Part shown: piece by piece, positions 35,689-44,963 of the stretch
How the letters are laid out: every line of letters starts with the position of its first letter
How positions within the stretch are numbered: the stretch's first letter is position 1
Assembly: GCA_032718475.1 (NCBI GenBank)
Contig: JAUCBJ010000901.1
Span: forward strand, 1 to 44,963
Length of the DNA stretch: 44,963 bases
Origin: Nemertoderma westbladi
Lineage: Eukaryota > Animalia > Xenacoelomorpha
Reading direction: 5' to 3'
Notes under the pieces: generated by a model
Told to the model about the DNA's origin: nothing
Database searches by the model: none
What the model saw: the letters and a program-made list of their open reading frames with translations, nothing else
Made by a program: the position numbers and the translations under genes

Positions 35689-35722
35689 TGGTGGGCGACA
35701 CCACTGTTGCTGTGATAGCCCA
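35667..35722 (+). promoter_or_regulatory. -1 programmed ribosomal frameshift signal (slippery heptamer + predicted pseudoknot)
   Basis: T TTA AAC in the gag frame (35667-35673), 6-nt spacer, stem CAACAGTG/CACTGTTG, and loop TGGGC complementary to GCCCA (35718-35722). The pol frame is -1 relative to gag. Confidence 0.8.
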
Positions 35723-36415
35723 TGAGAGAACTCAAGGTCGATTCTTTGTTAAAGGAACTATCAATGGGCAGATTTGCGAGATACTGATGGACTCTGGTGC
35801 ATCCTCTACAATTCTGCACTCTTCATTAGTTACTGAAAATCAGTTAAAGCCAACTCAGTTCATCTTAAAAACTGCGAATGGTGTACCCCTTAATGTTCGA
35901 GGTCGTTGTCAAATTCCAATTCAAATAGGCACTTCTAAGGCCGATGTAGACGTTTTCGTGGCCACAGATTCGGCTCATCCATGCATTCTTGGGGTCAATG
36001 GACTACGTGCTCTAAATGTAACACTAAAATTTTCGGATAGTATTCCTTCTTCTCTTTCAGTAAATGATAAAGTAGTCACAATAAATTTAATCGAGAAATG
36101 TACTATAAATAGAGATGTTCCCAGTGAACATTTAGAAACATTTTACTTTCTAACAAAGGAATATAATGATTTGTTTGAACCACCACTTGGGCGTACAAAC
36201 CTTGTGGAACATCACATAAAAACTAAATCTGAGATACCAATATTTCAGAGGCCATACCATGTTCCTTTGGCTAAAAGAGATCTCCTAGAGTCTAATATTA
36301 AAGATATGCTGGATAAGGATATTATCACTCCTTCTTCCTCACCATATTCATCACCTTTGGTTATTGTTAAGAAGCCTGATGGAAACGACAGAGTGTGCGT
36401 AGATTTCCGTGCACT
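35667..36415 (+). pseudogene. pol: Pol 5' part: aspartic protease and start of RT (interrupted)
   Basis: ILMDSGASS protease motif; PSSSPYSSPLVIVKKPDG...RVCVDFRAL, then a break at the insertion. Confidence 0.9.
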
Positions 36416-39022
36416 CATAGCCTCGTTTAACTTTGCCACTAGGCGGCACAAGTGCCGCCCAGTTGAATCAATTTGCCGCCCAGTCACAGCCAGAGTGCCT
36501 TCCTAATATAATATATTATATCTGGACTAGCCTCAGCCAGCGACCAATCTAATATGTATCAATCCCAGTAAAGTACCTACATAAACTTCTAAAGGAATAA
36601 GTGATTGACAGCACAGAGACTTCAATGGGTGAGTACAGTAGTACATAGCACAGGCATAGTACATGGCCCATAGGACAGTAGCAGTAGTAGTAGTGGAGGG
36701 ATGAGTCAGTGTTCAACCCAATGCGACCTTTACTAATGTTAGTAAAGGTCGCGCCTTTGGCCCAATCATTGTGTAGATGTCTATAGATTCCTGATAGGCT
36801 TACTGCAGTTAATTGGTGCCTCAGATGGATATTGGATAGTTCCAACTTCCAAGGCTGCTTGCTATCACCATACTTACCTGTCTGGCACCTTTAACCCCCT
36901 ACCCCTGTTAAGAGTAGTCAGTTTTCAGTATATGTTACTATTAGTATGTTACTATTAGAGATTTAGAAGTTTATTAGTCATTATAAACTACCCCGAAACG
37001 ACAGGGCTTACATTGCATCATTGCTTTATTATGTAATAAATTGGTTTTGAAAATTAAGTGTGTAACTACTTAATTAGGGTTTGTCTATGTACATTTATTA
37101 ATAATTTGATATAATTATAATAATACTATTATTATTTTATTAATAATAATTTATTAAGTTTTAATAATGATTTTTATGATACTGTATATTTATTTATTTA
37201 TTTATGATACTGATATTATTTTTCTTATAAATTTAATTATATTATTTTTAATAAGTATATTTAGGCGTAATGTGAACAAAATCCATGCGCTCACTTAAAA
37301 GTTATTGCAAATTTTTGGAGTCGTCAAGGCGTACTCAGGTATTAAATTAAATTCCGGGGATATCACACTAGAGGCGCCACTTTTTCACGGGCCCATGTGA
37401 AGAATACCAGACTTTCTGCCGTTATATTTCACTTTGCAGTTACCCCCATGTGAAGAATATCAGGTTTTCACAAAAAAACACAGGTTACAGACGGGTTGAA
37501 TCTAACCAAAACAATAAACGAATTAGTATATGTACAGGTTATAAGACAGAAATTAGCGCTATAAAACACTTAATAAAAATAAATTAAAAAAAATACGAAA
37601 TCTTCATATATATAATTCCAATAAAAAGTCGACCGAAAAGTGAAATCCTGGAATTCTTCACATGGGTGAGTATATTTTGGCCGACAATAATTTAATTATT
37701 TATTAAAGAAATAATTATTATAAGATTAAATTCAAGTCTTATAATCTAGCACTTTTACAGCTTTATATAGACAGGGGAAGTGGACGCAAATCCCATCTTG
37801 GCGAATTAATATCCCGCCTCAGTTAAATTATCAATTTAGGGAAAGGAGCAGGTTACAGTGGCATGTTATTTTAACCAAAACAATAAACTAAACAAAACAG
37901 TTTACAGTTTTATTTTTGAGAGTAATCAGCTGTAATTTGCGTCGAATTTCCCCTGGAGAGGGATGAATTTTTATTGCATCCAGTCGTCCCCCCCCCCCCC
38001 CCCCCCCCTATCTGGATTATAATATTAAAATTTCCGGCTCAAATAAATTTGGCGCATACTATAGGTACCTCCTATTTTCTACACATTAATAACCTTCCTT
38101 ACCACCGATTTTAATCTCCCGATCCTTAATACCGATTTTTTTTTCATTTCATCTAGAGCAACATTTCATCAGAATTCCAAATCTGAAGTCTGTTTGTTCA
38201 TAGCTTGTTCCGTTATCGAAATATCGTTTATTGTTTTGGTTAGAAAAGCCGGCAGCCTCTGTAATCTGCTCCTTTCCTTCAAATGGTATCAGACACTTAT
38301 TTTCAATAATTTTGCAATTTAATGAAAACAAGTTACTTTATTTCACTAATAAATTTGTAAAACTTTTAGAGAGAAAGCAGTTTTTTAAAATAATGTATAA
38401 TTATTAAATTTTATTTCTTGCCTTATAGATAATTAATTAATTTTTGATTGGGCTGTGTATGACATTTTCTCACGTATTAATTATAAATTGTAAATGTAAT
38501 ACAGTATGTACATGTAATTGAATTAATGTATATTTAATGTTACATCTATTATATTGAAATATAAATGGCTATTATTTTATGATGCAATAAATTGAATTAT
38601 TATTGGTTTCATTTAATTTTTGGTGAAATGTAATCTAATGTTATTATTTTCTTTCTAGCTGGCCTTATTGTTAAAAATATTCGGAAATAATTGTATTAAT
38701 TATTAATTTTGTTCTCAAACCTGTTTTAACCACCTCTGAATTTCCGGTATAGGTGCCACATTTTCTATTATAATTTAATATTTATGTATAATAATGATTT
38801 AATTAAGTTTTGTAAAATTTGTTGTTGCTTCTTATAGAAATTATATCCATTATTGTCAATAAACAATATATTACAGTATGCTTAATAGTTTTTCGTTCAC
38901 ACACATTAAAAATAAAAATGTGTATCAAATTCACACCCCCCCCCCCCCCCCCCCCCCACTCATACAATTTGCCATGGCGAGTGACTGTGCCGCCCAGTAA
39001 AAAATTCTTAAAAGAGGCTATG
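36416..39022. mobile_element. 2607-bp non-autonomous DNA transposon (hAT- or P-type) inserted in Gypsy RT
   Basis: 8-bp TSD CGTGCACT (36408-36415, 39023-39030), 15-bp TIR CATAGCCTCGTTTAA / TTAAAAGAGGCTATG, sub-terminal GCCGCCCAG motifs, and no transposase ORF. Confidence 0.92.
37445..37666. mobile_element. small MITE-like inverted repeat inside the 2.6-kb element
   Basis: CCCATGTGAAGAATATCAGGTTTTCAC / GTGAAATCCTGGAATTCTTCACATGGG, with an extra left-end copy at ~37392. Confidence 0.55.
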
Positions 39023-41416
39023 CGTGCACTGAATGCTGTAACAGAGAAAGATGCATTTCCATTACCACGAATTTCTGATTTATTAGATAAACTATACGGA
39101 GCGAAATATTTTTCATCAATAGATTTGGCATCTGGATTTTGGCAGATACCTCTTGCCTCAGATGATAGACATAAAACTGCGTTTTCGTGTAGTCTTGGCC
39201 ATTTTGAATTTGTTGTCATGGCCTTTGGTCTAAATAATGCCCCACCAACATTCCAAAGATTAATGAGTAATTTATTTGGTGACATGTCGTGCGTTGTTTT
39301 CTACATGGACAACATCTATGTGGTCACAACGGAACTAAAGCAACATTTAGAGATACTTCGTGAAGTTTTCCGCCGATTAAAAGTTGCAAAATTAAAACTC
39401 CAGCCAAAAAAATGTTCATTTTTACAGAGAAGAGTTGAATTTTTGGGATTCATTGTTGATGAGGACGGCGTACATCCAAGTGAGTCAAAGATAATTGCTG
39501 TTAAGAACATGATAGCGCCAACAAATGTTTCTGAAGTGAGAAAATTTCTGGGTTTGGTCAATACCTATAGACAATTCATAAGGAACTTTAACCTTATTGC
39601 TGAACCATTGTATGAACTTACACGGAAACAAGTCCCATTTGTTTGGAGTGATGAACAGGAATTTTCATTCGAAAGTTTAAAGGAAGCCTTAATTAGTGCC
39701 CCAGTTCTTGTACACCCTAAAGTTGGTGAACCATTCTTTGTCCATTGCGATGCATCTAATCTTGGAGTTGGTGCCGTCATAAGTCAAACAGATAATGCTG
39801 GTTTGTTTCACCCAATAGCATTTGCAAGTAGGAATCTTACTACAAGTGAAAAGAACTATTCCACAATAGAAAAGGAAGCATTGGCAGTTATATTCGCATT
39901 GGAACGGTTCCAGTCTTATACTTATGGCGCTGAAGTACATGTCTTGTCTGATCATGCTCCATTACAATGGCTAATTAATAATAAAACTGCAACTGGTAGA
40001 CTTGCTCGTTGGCAACTACGACTTCTAGAGTTTGAAGGATTAAAATCTATCAAACACGAAAAGGGGTCTTCTAATCAAGTGGCAGATGCGCTTTCTAGGT
40101 TGCCTAGTAATTGTTCATATATGGATGTGTTTGTGCTTGATGAGAGTGAAAATGGGGGATTAAAACAACTTTCGAAAGAGGAACTCATTCAGCTTCAAGA
40201 AGCTGACAGCGAATTTGACCGAATTAATTATCGATTCACTAAAACTGTTGAAGGGATATACACTTATAAATCCAGGTTATTTGTGCCCAAAGGACTTCGT
40301 TCTAAAGTTGTCAAATCTGTTCATGGTTACAATAGTGCTCACCTGGGTTATGAGAAAACGTTATCATTATTACAACGGGAATGCTATTGGCCAAATATGG
40401 ATAAGGAGTTAAAGACTTACTTAAAAAATTGTGATGTGTGTCTTCGCGCAAAGGTTTTACCACCAGCACCGATGCCACTTCAATCCCTACCTGAGGTTAC
40501 AAGACCTTATGAGCGGGTTGCTATGGATTTCTGTGGCCCTTTCCCAAAGTCTTCTACTGGAAACACTCATTTGCTTGTTGTCGTAGATCATTTCTCTCGG
40601 TTTCTAGATGTGTTCGCAGTAGGAAACACAACTTCAACAACTGTCATTGGATGTTTAATGAAATTGATTAGAAAATGTCAAAAGCCCCTAGAAATAAAAA
40701 CCATATTGACAGATCAAGGACGATGCTTTATTTCAAATGAGTTTAAAAACTTTTGTCGCCAACAGAAAATCAACAATACAGTAACCAGTCCATACCACCC
40801 TCAGTGTGATGGTATGGCAGAGAGGTTGGTCAGAACCATAAAGGACCAAATTAGAGCGCAATTAGTAGAAACTAAAGATGGTACTCAAACTTCATGGGAC
40901 TGTCATATTGATTCATTTGTTTCTACTTACAATCACTCTGTACATAAAAGTCTAGGTTTATCTCCAATGGACGTAGTAAATCAAGTTCACTCACCTATAC
41001 CAGCTCTATCCTGGTTGGGAATTATAAATGATAAACCGATTAATCAAGTTAAACTAGATAATGTTATCCACAAAACGCGAATCTTTCGTCGCAGACAACA
41101 CGAATATCATGACAAGATATACAAAGCTGAAGAGCGGAAATTCTGTGTCGGGGATAAGGTATGGCGGACACATTTACCTCCAACATCTCCAGGCTTGGCG
41201 TCTAGTCTAATACCACGATGGGATGGACCTTACGTTGTAACAGAACATATAGGTCCAGTTAATGTCCGTATTTCGATACCTGACAGACCCACGTGGAATC
41301 AAGTAATTCACATCGACCATTTGAGACTATGCACACACGTTATCCAGCATTCTCAATTTCCTCGACCAAGAGGTCGTCCACCTAAGATGAGGGGGGGAAG
41401 TGTAGTGACTGATTGA
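39023..41416 (+). pseudogene. pol: Pol 3' part: RT, RNase H, integrase
   Basis: RALNAVTEKDAFPLPRI, IDLASGFWQI, MAFGLNNAPPTFQR, YMDN (should be YxDD), RNase H (CDAS, EKEALA, SDH), integrase HHCC, D..D35E core and GPY/F module. Confidence 0.93.
41384..41400 (+). promoter_or_regulatory. polypurine tract
   Basis: AAGATGAGGGGGGGAAG immediately before the 3' LTR. Confidence 0.85.
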
Positions 41417-41572
41417 CCCTTGTTCACTGATTGACCTTTATGAATATTGTGTAACTCTTAGTTGTGTTATATAGCTATATAGGAAAGCAGTTTACAGGTG
41501 ACAGTTTAGTTACAGTAACTTGTTTGATTGTATATGTTGTTCGACATTGATTATTATATGTGGCAGTCTACA
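41401..41572 (+). repeat. 3' LTR
   Basis: Identical to the 5' LTR and followed by the TTGT TSD. Confidence 0.97.
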
Positions 41573-41723
41573 TTGTTTTAAATTATTATATTGCATAGCG
41601 TAATGGTAAAAATCTTGTGTTTTTCATATGTCAGTGTGTTGCTAGTATTATTATTATTTGTCGGTGGTAGTCAGACTACTGTATTGTTGTCAACATTAGT
41701 TGTCAACTACTATCAACATTTAA

Positions 41724-42605
41724 ATGTATGTCTGTCATAAACACAGAATGCAACGATCACCCATTATTCAGTTATTCTTAGGACCCACAATGGTTCATGC
41801 ATCCTCCAACTGTCACACTTACACCTTCTTCCTAAATTCAATAAAAAGCAGGCTTGGGGAAAATCTTACAAAACTTATAATTGGTTCAGATGAGGAAGGT
41901 GGATTACATAAAGCTATTAAAGATGTATTTCCGTATTCAACTATTCTACTCTGTGGTTTACACATTAGAAAGAACATCAGCAAAAAAAATCACCGATATA
42001 GGATTGGATAAGTCGGGGCGCGTCTCAGAATTCTTGAGGCAATTTATGGAGCAAACGGTATTGTGGATTCCATCGACGATCAGGAGTATGATATGAAGGT
42101 GAATAAATTGATGAATGAAAAACATAAAGTCAAATTGCGTAAATATCTAGCAAATAAACTAGAACTATTGGATAAGTTTGTTTGTGGACCGAAACGTGAA
42201 AATAAAGTTCCAGCGACCTGGACCAATAATATTTGCGAGTCAGCCAATCATTTACTCAAATTGGCCTTTGAATGGAAGCCGAGACCTCTTCCAGAAATGG
42301 TGCAACTTATTTATGGTGTTGTTGAAGTTATGTACCGCGACTTTCAACGTGCGTTATTAGGCCAGGGAAATTATTCCCTCTCAAAAGAAGCTAAACGGCT
42401 AGCCATTACCCCGGAACAATGGTCCGAGTTCAACGAAGAACAAAGACGAAAGGCCATAGAAAAACTTGCCAGTTTCAAATCTCTGCGAAGGCACCACCTT
42501 GTACATTCAACCGATGGGAGACTAAAAACAATGTTTAAATAGACAGGCCGAAAACCGGGACAAGGCCGACGAAAGAAAACTCGCTCAATGAAATCTACGA
42601 AATAG
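41724..42605 (+). pseudogene. Mutator/MULE-type DDE transposase fragment
   Basis: LFLGPTMVH, GSDEEGGLHKAIKDVFP...LLCGLHIRKN (D and CxxH), IYGANGIVD and WTNNICESANHLLK (catalytic E). Two frameshifts near 41990-42030 and a premature TAG at 42540. Confidence 0.85.
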
Positions 42606-43645
42606 TATCATTGTAAACTGCACGATACCCACTCCAATTTTCTGTTTAGTTCCCTTCCTAACTGCATTAAAATTACTGGAATTACATTCAATAATTGATT
42701 TATGTTCTATACAGTATGTTATATTATACCGTATCGTAATTATTCATAATTATAGATCGAACCTTAAAGGTGTAGAATGGATTACTGTATTGTTTCATCC
42801 TTCCACTATATGTTAACCCTTTTAGTACTATGTCCCACCTGTTGTACCATAACCACCTGCGCTATGTCCCAACTGTTGTACCATGGCATCTCACTTGATA
42901 AGCAGGCCATCCACCACCCAACAGCGCCTTAGAAAGTGTTCCAATTCACTATTCAGTGCCTTAGGACAATAATTTTTGAAATTTTTTTGCAGCCATTTGA
43001 TTGGCTAATGGGTTTACCTTGCCTTCTATGGAGATTCAAATCTAGGCCTTTTACTTCCAACTTTGCTGCCTTTGTTGAGGCAGGGCGAATTGGTTGTAGG
43101 TAGATTGTTGACTACTATCCATTATACATTACGGGGTACCGTGCCCTAAACCCTGGAGTGGTTTGTTATCTCGTTTGTGATTGGATAACACATCATAATA
43201 TTATCCTGTAGGTGACTAAAGCTACTACGTTCCATCCATCCATTTGTTAGTAATTGTATATTCAGTCAGTCATTTGTGAATCAATTTACGGCACTGCTGC
43301 ACTTATGTGTATGACGTATGCTGTTTTTTATTAGGCCTATAATTATCATATAAATTTATAATAATTATTTATTACCGGTATAGGCCTATATCAATTAATT
43401 ATTATTATTATTATTACCGGTACGTAGTGCGTAGTGAATTAGAATTACGGTAGAATTTATTCTCATAATATATACTGTAATAGGCCTAGTGAAATTAAGT
43501 GTAGCCTATTACCGGCAGCCTACTTGTGCCATTTGGAATATACTGATATATACTATTTATTATATTATATAATACGATTATCTGATTATATTAATTATTA
43601 GGGCCTATATTGAGTGACTGTACGTCTAACAGTCTAACAGTGGCC

Positions 43646-44040
43646 ATGGCAGACAGACCTGAAAGAGATCGCCATCCTGTTAATTACTATGGTTTTACTC
43701 TAAGTAATGAGAGCGACGATGAAGTCGATGATTATGTTGATGGTAGTGGAGAAAGTGGTGACGATGTGACGGGAATGGAAAGTGGGGATAACCAGGGTGA
43801 TGCAGCTAGTAGTTCAAGTGAGGGTTCTGTTGATGATTCCGACGACTCATCAGACAGCAGCTCTCGTTATGCAATTGCACCTCTACCAGGTGACGGGTGG
43901 GATGTTGTCACTGAAGCCAGTGACGTTAGTTTTAGTGTCCAATTCGATTTTAGTGGAACACCGGGGTGGAACAATGGGATTGACACTTCTGAATTTAGTG
44001 TAATTGACTACTTCCAAGTGTTTCTACCATCAGCATTAAG
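43646..44040 (+). pseudogene. piggyBac transposase N-terminal fragment
   Basis: Acidic D/S/E-rich N-terminus followed by W...F.FSGTPG...DYFQVFL, typical of the region before the piggyBac DDD core. The core is missing. Confidence 0.75.
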
Positions 44041-44470
44041 ACTAATTATAGATAGATCAGATAGAATCACGCTAGATACAATAAATAATCTGCATAATAG
44101 AAATACAATAATTGACGAACATAACGATAGACGAGAAATACAATATGGCTAACGATAAATAATTTAATAATCTGAACCAATGTTTGAATTCTACGTCATT
44201 CAGTGCCACTTGGGAGCTGTTAGATGTTTCTTAAGAATTCGTAATAACAAACTGATTAGATAGTAATATTTTGACAGACAGACATAATAACATGACAGAC
44301 AGACAGACAATATCAGAAGAACGGCTAATCGAATGAATAAGTTATTGTTAGATTCGAATTCCACGGCATTGATTACCCAAAAGGAGATTCAGATTTCAGT
44401 TGAAACACAATTTTTCTATTTGACAGACAGACAGACAGACAGACAACAGACACATAAGGAAGGATAGGCT
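44040..44470 (-). mobile_element. possible Helitron/Helentron-like insertion with (GACA)n microsatellites
   Basis: Three GACA-repeat tracts (~44273, 44293, 44422) replace the piggyBac coding region. Termini are not clearly defined. Confidence 0.35.
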
Positions 44471-44663
44471 GTACAGAAAAACAGACTTCGGAAATGAAAT
44501 CTACGGTAAAAACAACCTCATAATTGGGGAAACATAGATTATTTTGAAAGGAAGCAAGCCTGTGACATTTGTTGAAGTTTAAGAAATATTTTTATAATTT
44601 CATAAAATATATTCAGGTTCTGGAGGTACAAGATATTTTCCAATTCAGTACTAAAAGGGTTAA

Positions 44664-44820
44664 GGGGGCGCGTTCATAAAGTATGTTAAGGGGGCGTTCA
44701 TAAAATATGTCACCAAAATTTTCTAGATTTTTGACCCCCCCCCCCCCCCCCCCCCCCCCCCTCCTCTGCCACAAAGTGTGTCACGCAAGCTCGATCTGCG
44801 CCCCTCTGTCACATTAGTAA
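44664..44820 (+). mobile_element. PIF/Harbinger-like MITE left end (duplicated)
   Basis: TAA|GGGGGCG(CG)TTCATAAA.TATGT occurs twice (44664, 44690), followed by TTTTTGACCCCC and GTCAC motifs. Confidence 0.55.
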
Positions 44821-44963
44821 ATTTGTAATACCCCCAAACATTACCATTTGTTATGCCAAGATACAATAAATTCAATCACTATCTACATTTTCTCACGGGC
44901 AAGTCATGTGTTCATTTTTACAGTATGTTCTCTTCAATGTATCTATTATACTCAGTGTTATTG

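Larger units (their letters stand above)
34424..41572 (+). mobile_element. Ty3/Gypsy LTR retrotransposon, full length, recently inserted, interrupted by a DNA transposon
   Basis: Identical 172-bp TG...CA LTRs, TTGT 4-bp TSD (34420-34423, 41573-41576), PBS, PPT, and gag plus PR-RT-RH-IN order. Confidence 0.97.
42817..44659 (+). mobile_element. internally deleted piggyBac element
   Basis: TTAA TSDs (42813-42816, 44660-44663), 13-bp perfect TIR CCCTTTTAGTACT/AGTACTAAAAGGG, and a duplicated sub-terminal TATGTCCCA.CTGTTGTACCAT. Confidence 0.92.

Noticed and set aside
36870-36880. ATACTTACCTG, identical to the U1 snRNA 5' end
   Set aside because: Similarity stops after 11 nt with no U1 stem-loops or Sm site. 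It is better read as a consensus 5' splice site on the minus strand.
38819-39022. Hydrophobic/poly-Pro N-terminus of the 865-aa ORF, suggesting a novel RT fusion
   Set aside because: It is the right end of the inserted DNA transposon fortuitously in frame with pol; true pol resumes at the TSD (39023).

Overview
Eukaryotic, most likely invertebrate animal, genomic DNA that is rich in repeats and transposons. It holds one clear host gene: SPT5/SUPT5H on the minus strand, with two coding exons (33280-32480 and 30336-27787) and about 1116 aa. A second, probable gene is missed by the ORF track: a two-exon minus-strand gene (13493-13285, 10446-10305) encoding a 116-aa stand-alone HIRAN-like protein, with a TATA box and AATAAA. 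Three long tandem arrays have units of 21 bp (~7.3 kb), 30 bp (~6.1 kb) and 52 bp (~3.3 kb). Just upstream of SPT5 is a nested transposon pile. It contains a Mutator-like relic and a very young Ty3/Gypsy element (identical 172-bp LTRs, TTGT TSD, tRNA-Leu PBS, -1 frameshift signal, YMDN dead RT motif, AT-hook-like integrase tail). The Gypsy RT is split by a 2.6-kb non-autonomous hAT/P-type element with an 8-bp TSD, and a deleted piggyBac follows. Helentron-type (DINE-1/HINE-like) elements, three degraded LINE fragments, a 1.2-kb foldback element and several MITEs are scattered elsewhere. The most unusual observations are the HIRAN-like gene between satellites, Tc1/mariner-type excision footprints fixed in the 21-bp satellite, a MITE carrying a copy of its own target motif, and clean spliceable exons only ~125 bp after the SPT5 stop. 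All family assignments come from motif recognition by eye; no searches were run.
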